Notes: generated by a model from the letters alone, not told the origin. A stretch of 64,000 bases of DNA from Octopus sinensis (GCF_006345805.1 NC_043006.1:90086001-90150000), one strand, 5' to 3'. Positions 38,924-52,462 are shown, counted from the stretch's first letter. Made by a program: numbers and translations.

Positions 38924-39181
38924 TACATTATATATATATATATGGTACATCATCATCATCATCATCATCATCGTTTAACGTCCGTTTTCCGCGCTAGCAC
39001 GGGTTGGATGGTTTCGACCGGGGTCTGGGGAGCTAGGGACTGCCCCAGGCTCCAGTCTAGTCTGGCAGTGTTTCTACAGCTGGATGCCCTTCCTAACGCC
39101 AACCACTCCGCGAGTGTAGTGGGTGTTTTTTACGTGCCACCTGCACAGGTGCCAGAGGGGTCTGGCATCGGCCACGTTCGG

Positions 39182-39213
<32 letters not shown>

Positions 39214-39221
39214 TATGGTAC

Positions 39222-39252
<31 letters not shown>

Positions 39253-39260
39253 TATATATG

Positions 39261-39304
<44 letters not shown>

Positions 39305-39396
39305 AAGCATACACACATGTATGTATGTATGTATGTATAAGCATACACACATGTATGTATGTATGTATAAGCATACACACATATAATTGACATGTC

Positions 39397-39440
<44 letters not shown>
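38765..39440. repeat. Compound (TA)n satellite punctuated by GGTAC
   Basis: atatatGGTACatata recurs on both sides of the 38949-39181 insertion. Confidence 0.9.
38949..39181 (-). mobile_element. RTE 3'-tail copy inside a TA/GGTAC satellite
   Basis: catcatcatcgtttaacgtccgttttccgcgctagcacggg..., well preserved including CpGs. Confidence 0.88.
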
Positions 39441-39455
<15 letters not shown>

Positions 39456-39849
39456 AGTTTATATGCATGCTTTATGTATGCACCTCTATTTAAGTGTATT
39501 ACCTGTATGCATTGCTTGACTTTTTTTTCCTTGGCATTGTATTACATACAAAATATTTCACAAATATGCATAATCTGATATAGAAATGGTTAGCTAAATG
39601 TGCCTACAGCACTGGCTAACATATTTCATGCATGTAAAATAGATAAGAAGCAAAATATGAAGAAAATACAATAATAATGATAAGAAGAAGGAGAATAATA
39701 ATAAGAAGAATAGTAGTAGTAGTTGTAGTAACAACATTAACCTTTCAAAAGCAACAAAAACAGAGAAAAAGCTAAACCATTTAACTATGGATTTGTTTAG
39801 GATGGAGAATACAAATAGGGTGCGTGTGTGTAAAGTGTATTATTATTAC

Positions 39850-39883
<34 letters not shown>

Positions 39884-41561
39884 CATTCCAGTGCCTTCTG
39901 GTGTTTATAATTGGTGATCTTATTGCCACTGATATTCAACTTTTGAATTTGATGATGATGATGATGATACACCAACATGAACTTCTAACTTGTCTCTTGA
40001 GGTCTCTGGGTGAGACTTGGAGCCAACTTGTACAAATGTAAAGCAAAAGTCAAACATAAAATATTATTATTATTGTTGTTGTTGTTATAGCAAAAAATGC
40101 CTGAAGACTAACTACAAAGTGAAATTTGATTGATAATAAATAATTTGAAGCACTGAGACATTAATTGGGATAACAGACATCATATAATTACTATTAAAAA
40201 AAAAATAATAAAAAGAAAAAAGAAAAAAAAGTCATTTTTGAACATAAGAAAATACAAAAAGAAAATCCCTCTCCACCACCCAAAATGAAACAACTCATTC
40301 CAAAGTTGCATGGTCACTCTCTCTCTCTCTCCATTCATAAAGTAATTAACATGTTTTATCATATTTCACAGACACACATAACTGCATTCTTTACTTTGGT
40401 AAATATTATTGACTGGTGAAGTATTGCACTATGACAAAAGATGAGATTTTTGTTTAAAACCTCTCTGATATTCTTCTCCAACAATGCATGGCCCTATGTA
40501 ATTACATGCAGACATGCCATCACTATACATCGTCGTCATCACCATCATTATTATTATTATTGCAGTATACAAAAAAAAAGAAGAAAAAGATATATACAGG
40601 GTGTGGGAGGACAGCTAACCTATAATATAAACATAACATTACTCAATGGTACAGGCGAATGTTGCCTGTGAATAAAGAGTGAAACATGATAATGACAATG
40701 CTTTTGTTAATAATCAACAGCTGACATGCACGGGTTTGCTTTCTCTTGAAACTAGGACTTCAACAATAGAACAAACAGTATTTTTTTCTACAGTAAAGGT
40801 TCTGTGAGTTGAACACCTTTACTTGCTCATACATTGTAGAGAAAAGATAAACACTGTGCTTCACCATTGTCACTTCATTTGCCATCCACAGAAGCCTTTT
40901 TGTATTTTTCTCTCTCAGACAAAGAATTACTCCCAAAACATCAAAGTTCTTCCTTTCTCCACATCATATACACTTATCCATTCTGATTAACTTCACTGTA
41001 AGATGTGGGTTACCAAAGTACACTACTACTGCCACCACCACCGCTACCTCCAGTTTCCTTGGACTGGTGTTTACTTTGAATGTTTTTATGTTTGTTATTA
41101 ATATTTCCTTAAATGTTTCCCTTCGACCCACTCAAATGCCTAGCTTTGTGCCTGTGTTGAAAATTATTAATAAATTAATAAATTAGGGACAGTGCACGTG
41201 ACTTTTGTGTATTCATCTGGATTGAGGAGACTGATGTGGGTGATGTCATGTTGAAACTCTTGAGGTCAATGTCTGAAGGAAAAACTATAAACAGGAAGTG
41301 AGGTTTTGGGGTTCTGAGTATAAATTCATTCATCTGTTTTATATCTGCTTTCCCATGCAAGCATGGGTTGGACAAATACTAATATTTATTAATGAGGAGA
41401 CACTCTTTGCATTGCTAACCAAGATTGGTTTTTCAATTAATGAATTTTTTTTTATTTTTCCCTTGCTTTTGAAAGCACAGAGTTGGATTTATGAAAAAGA
41501 AAAATCAACAGAAAATCACAATTCTTTTCCCACAATTTTCATGCAAAGATGCAAAGTACAA

Positions 41562-41617
<56 letters not shown>

Positions 41618-42727
41618 CATTCCAAAAACCACATTCCAAAGACTGGATTTCATCTTCAGATGCAAAAATACTTCACCTCTAGTAATTGTTGATCCTTTTA
41701 CAAAGCTTTCCCATATACTGGGTGTGTTACAACATAACCAAAACTGGGTCACAGAGTAAATCTGATTTTTAAAGGTGTAAAAAAGACTTCAGTGTTAATT
41801 TCTTGTTGTATGTTTAACAGATTTCTCATATATCTTAGTGAACATTGGTGAATTGAGGCAGCCTCAGAACATCCAGGATGTTTAGCACTGAGGAGACCAA
41901 ATCAAGTTGAAACACAAGGTTACAGTGACATTTCTGTTAAAAATTTCTTAGTCTTATGTTTTGATGTTCACAAGAGAATAGAGGCAGGCATAAATGTTGT
42001 TGGCCATTTACATTTACACCTACCTACATCCTCTTGCAAACATTAACAAATTTACCAAACTAATAACACCATTCCCAATACAATTAGGTGAAAAACTCTA
42101 AATAACACAATCCTGCCAACAAACTAAAACACACCACCTACTCACATTTCTTTTGTGATCCCTGAAAACTCTATAACCTAAAAGCTGACACACCAAGTAC
42201 AAAGGTTCAATAATTGTACTGAAACCTGAGCTTTCACATTGTCAAGACAACAGATAAAATATTTCATTAAGATCCAAATAAAACCAACAATAATGAAACC
42301 AAAGAAAGACATCAGCTGACCAACATATACCTTCAACCTAACTGCATTCTTTTGTGAATATCTATGACCTGGAGATGATATACAGAAGTATACACACCTG
42401 ATTCAAAGCTCTACATGCTTGAATAAATTCTAAACAATAGCATAACCCCAAATTTAATGAATAAAAATTCACCATAAATATTTTGCCATCACAATCTACC
42501 ATACAGACTAATTATCATTTAACAGAACTCAGGCTACTCTAGAAAATTTTAAAAGCCAGGAGGAAGTCAAAGAAAGTCTGGTGATGGCTTTCTACAAAAT
42601 TTAGTAATCCGCCAGTTTAATGTAAAACTGTTTTTCTTATAACATAAAAAGAAAGAAAGAAAGAAACATCCATCCATCCACCTACCTACTTCTCTCTCTC
42701 TGGTATATATATATATATATATATATA

Positions 42728-43510
42728 GCAGCAAAATTAAGGAACGGCCATAATAGGCCGTTCAACCCACTAGAAATAACAGCCAAGGCTTCAACCGCAA
42801 AATAGTAGTAATTCCGTAAATCAGGAGAAAATTAGAAAAACATTTACCCTGTATCACTTTATACAATGCATTGTTTCATCGTTTTTTAATGGTAAATTAG
42901 CTTGGTTAAATTAAATCAAGCTAATCTTCCATAGGCCAACAGATTCATCAGTAAAGTAAGCCAGGAGGGAGAGATATTTACATGAGGCAGCACCACTACC
43001 GCTTCAGCAATATCTAACCTAAAATTTTCAAAATCATCGTACTCGCGCCAATTTATCGGCAGCAAATATAAGCTGCCGATTCCATTTCGGAATTAAACAG
43101 AAAATTCATAATTAATCAATATAGGGTAACAAAAAATTCAGCAGAAAATTATTTTGCTATCAGCGGTCTAGTGAGAAAAAGGAAATAGTCAGAGACTATT
43201 TATAAATTCAACAGCAAAATTAAGGAACGGCCATAATAGGCCGTTCAACCCACTAGAAATAACAGCCAAGGCTTCAACCGCAAAATAGTAGTAATTCCGT
43301 AATTTTTTTAATTTTCTCCTGATTTACGGAATTACTACTATTTTGCGGTTGAAGCCTTGGCTGTTATTTCTAGTGGGTTGAACGGCCTATTATGGCCGTT
43401 CCTTAATTTTGCTGTTGAATTTATAAATAGTCTCTGACTATTTCCTTTTTCTCACTAGACCGCTGGTAGCAAAATAATTTTCTGCTGAATTTTTTGCTAC
43501 CCTATATTGA

Positions 43511-43517
<7 letters not shown>
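42728..43517 (-). mobile_element. Hammerhead-bearing retroelement (Penelope pseudo-LTR or retrozyme): about 1.2 tandem copies of a 483-bp unit plus a 5'-inverted segment forming a 194-bp fold-back
   Basis: The cagcaaaattaagg... block occurs at 42729 and 43212 (offset 483). Arms 43109-43302 and 43324-43517 are reverse complements with 2 mismatches and a 21-nt loop. (TA)n on both flanks. Confidence 0.8.
42856..42957 (-). ncRNA. Type I hammerhead ribozyme with long branched stem II (HHR-C)
   Basis: Minus strand: acttta CTGATGA (42951-42945) atc(t)gtt...atgg...attagcttg-loop-caagctaat...ccat...aacgat GAAA caatgcattg TA taaagt. Perfect 6-bp stem I extended by cctg/cagg, palindromic stem III, GUA cleavage triplet (cut between 42862 and 42861). 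Confidence 0.85.
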
Positions 43518-43568
<51 letters not shown>

Positions 43569-44343
43569 TATATATTATATATATATATATAAAAACGCAC
43601 ACACACACGTATTTCTTGAGGTGTGAGGAAATGTGTTGATGTTTATATTGTTTGCTAGTATATGTGTCTCTGAAAAATAGATACACAGATAAATGCATAC
43701 ACACACGTGTATAGATTTGTGTGTGGGTGTAGTAAAGCATTGAAGACATAAACATTGGTGAGGCATTCTCTCTGATGCCCAGATATACAGTGAGCCAGTG
43801 ACTGGTTGGCTGGTAACCAATTACTAATGACACTACGGTTTACTATTTGAACTATAAGACAAATGATAAATAAATAAATCTATGAAGACAAAATATGGAT
43901 ATCAATGAAGAAGTGAGGAGAGTGTCAGAAAGTACAATTGCCAAAAGGTGAAACCGATATTCATTAATCTTTTATTGCAGTTGGTGAACAAATAAGTTCA
44001 AAGGTTAAAGGTTATCAACAGGTCAATCAGTGGTTCACTACAATTAGTTAGGTGAGAATGAAAGGGAGATTCTGTTCCTAGGTGCTGAACAAATATCACA
44101 GGGGACTTTATTCATTTAAAAACAGTTTTTTCAGTTACTGAATATTTACATCATATGCTATCACATATCAGTAACACAAAGACAGATATGTACATATACA
44201 CATAGCCACACATATACATAAATACATACGTACATATACACATATCCACACATATACATAAATACATATGCACACATACATACACACACACATACACAAA
44301 GAGTCCTTGTTTATATACAGACACACACCAACACACACATGTA

Positions 44344-44547
44344 CAGGGGTTGGACAAAATAATGAAAACATCTTAAAATTTCAAACAAATTTATTCTAAT
44401 ATGGGGCAGGACTGCCTTTGGCAGTAACTACAACTTGAATTCTACGAGGTATGGACTCGTACAAAGTTTGAATTGTTTCCAAAAGGAATTTTTGTCCATT
44501 CTTCAGCTAAAACAGTCTCCAGTTCTTGTAGTGATGATGGTGAAGGA
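44344..44547 (-). mobile_element. Right-end fragment of the same Tc1 family
   Basis: ta-caggggttggacaaaataatg TIR followed by the reverse complement of the 16740-16927 region. Confidence 0.85.
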
Positions 44548-44695
44548 CATCACCATCATCACAGGCTTCTTTCAGTTTCTGTCCACCAAATCCACTCACA
44601 AGGATTTGGTTGGTCATGGTCTATAGTAGTGCCATGCAGTGAATCTGGAACATATGGTTGGGAAGGAAGCTTCTGCTCACACAGCCACACCTGTG

Positions 44696-44731
<36 letters not shown>

Positions 44732-47066
44732 GTGAAGCCAAGTGAATTTGTAGTTGTGGACAGCACCAGTGACTCATAAAAGACACCCAGTAAGCTCTCC
44801 GGCTTACTAGTTCCAGTCAAACTGTCCAACCCATACCAGCGTGGAAAATGGATGCTAAATGATGATGATGATGATAATGATAATGATACGTGTGTGTGTG
44901 TGTGTGTCTTTGAGGCTGTATTTGATTCGCCACCACCACTGGCTGACAGTCAGTTTTGGTTTGTTAATTTCTCCATAACTTAGCAGTTTGGCAAAAGAGT
45001 TCAACAAAGATAAGCAGCAGAATTTTTTTTTAAAAATAAGCATTAATGTTGATTTGTTAAGCTAAAAGCCTTCCAAGGTGGTACCCCAGCAAGGCCATAG
45101 TTTAGTAAGGGGGATCAAGTTAAAATATATGATGAAATAATAATTCTTGTTGTTTGTGTGGCCATTCATGGATAACAACATGGAATGCTTGCCGTTGTGA
45201 ACAGAGTGAATGTATAGCTGTAGTAGCGCCATCTATCTGTGAAATTATTTCAAAAATATACAAATGCCATAATTTGCAAAAATAATCACCTTGTTTTTAT
45301 GTTGGTAATGAAATATTTATACACAGCATGAGATGGAAAAAAAATATGTTATCACTGAAGAATCCTAATCAAGGAATATGTTTAATGTCTGTTTGAATGC
45401 CTTGTTTTTTGTTTGTTTTGTTCTAATGGGTAATATTCGAATACAAGGTAATGTGACATCATAGTTATTGTCAAAGGGAGATAATTCTTTAAAGTAAGCT
45501 CTCTTCTAAGGTATCGAATAAACTGAATACTCTGAAACTGAATACCAAAAACAATCAATAAAAATTATTGTGTGTGATCTTTTCTCTATAACGTGGGCAC
45601 TTCCTGCATTGATGAAGTGAATGAAGAGATTAAAGAGACTGAAACGAAAGGGAAAACAGGCAAAAAGTTAAAAATTTATAACTATATTGAGAATTCCTCT
45701 AAATAATATGATTGCAATAGCAGTAATTTTCAACAGTATGGGCATAATAGCATTTCAATAATATATATTACTTCAAAAGAAATCAATATTTAAAATCAAA
45801 AGAAATCAATAATATATATTCCTTCAGTACTTCTGTTAGATTAAAACATAACATATAGTTATAGTCAAAATTCGGACTCTATCGCCTGTATGGGTAGGAA
45901 TTTATTTTCTATGAAGGAATAACATTCCTTCTGATATTCAGAAGCTTCATCTATATACCACAAATAAATTAGGATGGAATTGTTATTTGATTTGCCATGA
46001 GGGCAATAAAGGTGAACATTACAATACAATGCAAAGTCTTGAGAACAGTATAATATAACACTGTGTTACAAATGAAAAAATAATAAATCATTTTTAACAG
46101 CAGAACTTGAAGCAGATAAAGCTATAAGTAATAGTGTGTGAATATTAGGCTAAAAGAACCTTAGATGGAAACAGTGAAGGCTGTTTCCATTCCATTTTTC
46201 CATTCAAGGGATTTTTTTTTAACCAAAAATTTATGAATAAATAAATCATTAAAAATGATTTATTTATTTTCCTCCTTAAGTTTCCAATTTATTATGTAAA
46301 CCACATACAGTTGTCACTGGTGAGAACAAAGCTTCCAAAATGGATGGAGAAACACAAGGGGTTGTTTTGGTATAATGGTAGAATGTCTGTCATGTTCACA
46401 GAAGATGTGGATTCACACTTTATGGGCAACCTTTAAGTTTCCTTTTATCCAAGGGGTTGTTAAACTCAATATGTATATGCTATTATCTATAGTTTAATCT
46501 ACTTTCTATCACCAAAAATAATTTATTTCACATTCTCCTGAAGTTTCTAAATTCTCATGAAATAAGCAAAGAAATAATGGTTCCCATTTTCCTTCTCCTC
46601 CTCTCTCCATTATTGCTGTCCATTTTCATGCCTGTTATAGGTGGAACAAATCAGCTAGATGACTGCCATCATTCTTTTAGATCTATGTCATCTTCAGAAT
46701 AATAAAGATTCTAATCTTTTGTTTTTTATCTGATGCCATCTTTAGGAAACCCGAACATCTGAAACTTTTCTGACCCTATGTCATCTTCTTAAACCCCAGC
46801 ATCTGACATTCATTTTGCTCTTATATTATGTTCAGGAAGCTCACTTTACTATTTTTTTTTACTTTAAAGGCATAGACATAGCAGAGTAGTTAAGATGACC
46901 ATATCCTAATCATGTAGTTTTAGGTTCAGTCCCACTGCACACAGAACAACTTGGGCAAGTGTCTTCTACTATAGCCCTGGGGTCAACTAATCATTTAGAG
47001 TTAAATTAGGTTGACAAAAATTGTATGGAAGCCAATTATATATATATATATATATATACATCCATA

Positions 47067-48292
47067 CACGGTGCGCAAGGTATTAGGGGACATGCCATTT
47101 TGGGTCATTGCTGCATTTTTTGCTAATTCTGTATAATCTTTGTTTCAGAAAATAATAATGGCAGACCCTTAGCTTACTCAAGAAATGAAGGGACATGCTG
47201 TTATTGTGGTCCTAAAGGCTGTGCATGGTGATTTAGAAATATTCTGATTTTTAAAAGTTGCCAGATCTTTTGTCTACAAAATTTGAAGAAGCTAGAGAAT
47301 GAAGATGGAAACGTATCACCAGTATCAAAGCATAAAAAGCATTCTAAATGCTCTGAAATCATCAGAACACCTGAATTTATCCAGCAAGTTCAACAGACCA
47401 TTGATTACAATCTCAGAAAGTCCATGAAATTGATTGCAAAGGATCTCCATGCGTGAGAAGGAACAGTTAGAAATGTTGTCCAAGAAGACATCAGATATAA
47501 GTCTTATATGCTGAGGAAAGGTCAATTTGTCAGAAAAAGCAAAAGAAAATCTCTACATCAGATCTAAAAGGCTTTTAAACAAACTGAAAAATCCAGTAGA
47601 AGAAGATTTGATTTAGTTTTTGTCAAACGAAAAAAACTTTGACCAAGATTAAAAAGTTAACAGAAGAAATGACAGATGGTTATGTGCAGACCCTTCTGAA
47701 GTTCCAAGTGTTATGCAAACAAAATTTCCTGCAACTATCATGGTTTTAGGGGTTGTCAGCAATGAGGGACATGTGATGCTTCCTTACTTCTTTCCACAAG
47801 GCCTTAGAGTTAACTCTGCCACCTACATTGAGGTCCTGGAAATAATTAAGCTCTGGATAGACAGTGTATGCAATGGAAGGCCATATGTGTTTCAGTAGGA
47901 CTCTGCACTATCACAGGAATGGATGGCTGAAAATTTCCATGATCACATAACCTCTAACATTTGACCTCCTAATTCTCCAGATCTCAATCCATTGGACTAT
48001 TACATGTGGAGCGTTGTTGAGAGAGAAGTCAGTGAACATAGCCATAATACCAAAGATTCTATGAAAGCTGCCATAGTTAGAGTAATGTCCAAAATGAACC
48101 AGGACCACTTGATTCGAGCTTGTAGATGATTTAGATCTCATATAGAAGCAGTTGTTGAAACTGGAGGTGGCTTTATTGAATAACATTATAGAAAAGAAGG
48201 TTTATTTTTATCTTCATAGCATTTTTTGATAAATAAAGTTATTATCTGTTATTACATAAATATAAATCTGTTCTCAAATATCTTACACACCC

Positions 48293-48294
<2 letters not shown>
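47067..48294 (+). mobile_element. Near full-length decayed Tc1/mariner-superfamily transposon, maT (DD37D)-like
   Basis: 18-bp TIRs (14/18 match). Transposase remnants FLSNEKNF, KFPATIMVLGVVS, YVFQ*DSA, PPNSPDLNPLDYYMW, RACR*FRSHIEAVVETGGGFIE, with stops and frameshifts. Confidence 0.88.
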
Positions 48295-48329
<35 letters not shown>

Positions 48330-49923
48330 GCATATGGTATTTTTTATATAAGATTAAAGCTTATGGTGAGTACAATGCAATGACTAAAGAAAATAGTCTA
48401 ATGAAGGGGCATATAAGCCCTCAATAGAAAAAAGGTTTTCCTATTCACACTGAAAGCACACACACACATATATGAACATACACACATAACATACACGTCT
48501 ATGTGTGTGTATGTGTATATATTTGTGTATATGTCTTTGTCCCCTACCCATACGACCCGACAGCTGGGGTCCTGGTTTGCTTAAGTTCCATAACTTAGCA
48601 GTTCTGCAAAAGAAACTGATAGAAGTAGCAGACTTTTAAAAAAGTACTGAGGTTGATTTGTTCAACTAAACCCAGTAAGGCAGTGCCCCAGCATGGCCAC
48701 AGGCCATTGAGTGAAACAATTAAAAGAAAGCTGTATGATCTTAGGTAATTCCAGCATCTGTTATTCATTTTGATCAAATCTATTTTCTGTATCATGAGAC
48801 ATAGCTAGAAATACATTCCAGATTACGAGAAATAATTAATTAGAACATTGTTAATTAGATAACTAAACACACCACAATATTGCTCAATATCATTTCTACA
48901 ACACCACAACTTTACAGTTGTGTGGTTAACAAGCTTGATTCCCAACTCTGTTACTTTGGGTTCAACTTCACTGTGTGTTACCTTTGGCAAGTGTCTTTTA
49001 CTGAAGCCCTGGCTTGACCAATGCCTTGTGAACGGATTCATTAGATAGAAACTGAAAGAATTCCATCGTATATGATCTGTAGCTAACCAGCAACTTTTTA
49101 TTTTGTCTTAGAGTCAGAAATGAAAACAGTTTTCTTGATTCTTTTGGGGGCATCTAAGACTTATTGAAGGGACCCAAGTAGCCCCAAACTTGCAACAGAA
49201 TGGAATTTGCTAAAGGTAGTCAATATGCCAGGTGGTTGTATTAAACTGGGATGGGAGAGGGGACTAGCCCCCCCACCACCACCACCTCCAAGAAGGCCAT
49301 GGTGTAACAAATTGGAACATATATACCAAAAGCCATTCAGTCTGATGTTGTTGCAGTTTTGCCAATTCCCCACCCTTTGAAGGTTAAATAACAATACTGG
49401 CTTTAATAGGATTTGAACTCAGACTTGGAACAAAAAGCACACAAGACATTGTGTCCAATACTCAAATAACATTAACATGGTTCAGACAGAATTTATTGAG
49501 GTAAATAGGCAGACGAGAGAGAGGGAGAGAGAGAGAGAGAAAGAGAGAAAGAGAGAGAGAGAGAGAAAGGGCAGTGCTAATGACATCACATGAACCAACA
49601 CTGCTTTGGTTAGTCGAGCAGCACTGTATCGACTTATACAGTTTCTTATGTTACTTATTGTATAATACAATGGTATTTCATAGATACTGTAACAAAGTGA
49701 TATTTCATTTACAAGAGAGCAAGTTAATATTTCATACACAATATATCAAGTGAATATCTCACATTGAATAACAAGGTAATATTTCACACACAACATAAGA
49801 TGATAAATTGATATTTCATCTCGTCATATTTCAAAGGGATATTTCACTGTAATATGTATTCGCAACACCCACCCCATTGTTCTGCTGGATAATGTGGTGA
49901 CAGTGGTGGCAGCAGGGAAGAGG

Positions 49924-49986
<63 letters not shown>

Positions 49987-50639
49987 GATGGGAAGAGGCT
50001 TGCAAACATTTTTGCTTTCAAACATGACAAATATTCTGCAACTATCATAAATTCATAACCAGAGAGGATTTTCAAAAGTAAACAAATTCTTTCAGTTGCA
50101 TCAGTTCTTTGCCAGCTTCAAATGTAAAACTATAAATGGACATTTGTATTTTGGCATCAATTTTGCCACCTCGATGTTCTGACCTACCAATAAGTTTCCA
50201 TTGATCTGTGAAATAAGATGTGAAGAGCAGTGGAGGAGAGAGAATGAAAGAAACGAAGGGAAAATGAAATAACAAGAGAACAAAGGCTGCCTAATATTCA
50301 TCTAAGGGTGAAGAGATTCACCTTTTACAAAAAGAAAAAAAACATGCAAATGTGAAAGAAGCCATCAAATATTTTGAAAATCAAATTTAATTTTTTTTGC
50401 ATTTTATGTATTTTCATTGTTTTCTTATTATCCTGAAAAATTTTGCAAGGATGAAAAAAGAAATGAAACAATAGGAGGATATGGTACATTGCTTTATCTG
50501 CACAAATTTAATTTCTGTTGGCAACAGGAAGAGCTGAATCTTACAAGAAACTAAAATGTAATCAGAAGACTGGAACGGTTCAGGTGTTTTTACTTTTGGA
50601 GAATTAGTCACCGTTGTCATAAAATTAATAAATTGGATC

Positions 50640-51026
50640 GTAGGGTGACCTGCTGTGCTTGAAGAGACCTATTGAGTCAAGTACATAAACATCTAAAAAA
50701 AAAATCAAATGGAAATTGTAGTTGTGATACCTATGCTGGTGGCACATAAAAAGCACCATCCGAACGTGGCTGATGCCAGTGCTGCAGTGACTGGCTTCTG
50801 TGCCGGTGGCATGTAAAAAGCACCAACTGATCATGGCCGTTGCCAGTGGCATGTAAAAAGCACCCACTACACTCACGGAGTGGTTGGCGTTAGGAAGGGC
50901 ATCCAGCTGTAGAAACACTGCCAGATCAGACTGGAGCCTGGTGCAGCCTTCTGGCTTCCCAGACACCGGTAGAACCGTCCAACCCATGCTAGCATGAAAA
51001 ATGGACGTTAAACGATGATGATGATG
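50640..51026 (+). mobile_element. RTE 3'-tail copy
   Basis: Reiterated ggcaYRtaaaaagcacc modules, then ggagtggttggcgttaggaagggcatccagc...ggacgttaaacgatgatg. Confidence 0.9.
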
Positions 51027-51029
51027 TTT

Positions 51030-51810
51030 CCAGTGAGGGTGAAAGGCATGAAATTTGGGGAAAGATTAATCAATAATAGCAAATTTAGTCCTTGACTAAT
51101 ATGGACCTTAAAAGGATGAAAGGCAAAGACGACCTCAGCAAGATTTGAACTTAGAATATTAAGAACTAGAAGAAATCATGCAAAGCATTTCATTTTGTCC
51201 GATGCTCTAAGGTTTCTGCCAATATCGTGCCCTTGTGTTTCTGATTTAAGCACAAGTCTAGCAGTTTTGAGGAGAAGGGGGAGGGGCTAGTCAATACTAT
51301 TGATCCCACTGTATGACTGGTACTATATTTTATTGATTCCAGAAGGGTGAAAGACAAAGTCGACCTCAGTGTCATTTGAATACTGAATTTGAAGAGATGG
51401 AACAAATTTTACCAAACCATCATCATTATCCTCATTTAATGTCTGTTTTCCATGCTGGCTTGGGTTGGGCCTGAAATTCTAGTGAAGTGGGGGATTTGAT
51501 TACATCACCCTCAGTCCTCTGCTGGTACACATTTCATCAACCCACAAAAAAGATGAAAGGCAAAGTCAACCTTGGTGGAATTTGAACTCAGAACCTAACA
51601 TTAATAGTTAATGGTTTCAAATTTAGGCACAGGGCCAGAAATTTCAGGCAAGGAGGGAAGTCAGTTATATTGACTCCAGCATGCAGCTGGTACTTATTTT
51701 ATCGACCCTGAAATGATGAAAGGCAAAGTCGATTTCAGTGGAACTTGAATTTCAGAACATACAGACAGACAAAATACTGAACAACAATTCAGCCAGCTTG
51801 CCTCCTCCTC
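51030..51810 (-). mobile_element. Cluster of four co-oriented S2 SINE copies plus a short RTE tail
   Basis: gatgaaaggcaaagtcgacctc...atttgaactcagaa block recurs near 51115, 51345, 51550 and 51715. Other S2 copies near 5335-5490, 29245-29660, 55030-55255 and 56515-56745. Confidence 0.8.
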
Positions 51811-52076
51811 CACAACAACAACAGCAACAGCAGCAGCAGCAGCAGTAATGTTTTCTTTAAATAATAGTCTGTGTTGCCTTGTGGTGCTAAGAGCCTGGTC
51901 ATCTCCCTCTCTCTCTTTAAGTCAGATTTGTCCACTGATGGACGGATACTTCTTCTTCTCATGCAAACAACTCTAATAATTGACTCAATTCCCTAACAAC
52001 TGATGGATTGTCAAAGAAACAATAATGTTCGGTGCTGTTGTTGTTTAGCACAAGATTATTGTTGACTGTCATTACA

Positions 52077-52462
52077 GGACGTTATCAAAGCAGCTTGAGA
52101 GGCGGTTGGATGGAACCTACACTCGCTTCCTTATGAGAGCTCAAAATCTCTCGTGGAAGCGCCATCCAACCAAAATGCAAATATATGGGAAACTACCACC
52201 TGTGTCATCTCTTGTGAAAGGTAGGAGAGTCCAGTTTGCTGGACATTGTTGTAGAGCTGAAAAAGAAGTAATTTCTACTCTTCTCCTCTGGAAGCCATCT
52301 ACTTGCAATACCAGAGGGCGCACACTCTCCTACCCTGATATAATCTCCAGGGATACAGGCATCCAGCAACAGGACCTCCGTAATGCCATGATGGACCGTG
52401 AAGTCTGGCGTAGCATGGTAAATTCCATTGTCTCGACCACGGTCGAACAATGATGATGATGA
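52077..52462 (+). mobile_element. 3' fragment of a second RTE-clade family
   Basis: ORF 52106-52453 (RRVQFAGHCCRA...AMMDREVWRSMV) followed directly by a (TGA)n tail. Confidence 0.85.

Noticed and set aside
40420-40445. tattgcact (miR-92-like seed) and tatggcactg near 10719 (miR-183-like start)
   Set aside because: The rest of the mature sequence does not match and no precursor hairpin is evident.
45120-45330. Possible MITE containing tagcgccatctat
   Set aside because: I could not identify terminal inverted repeats or a target-site duplication.
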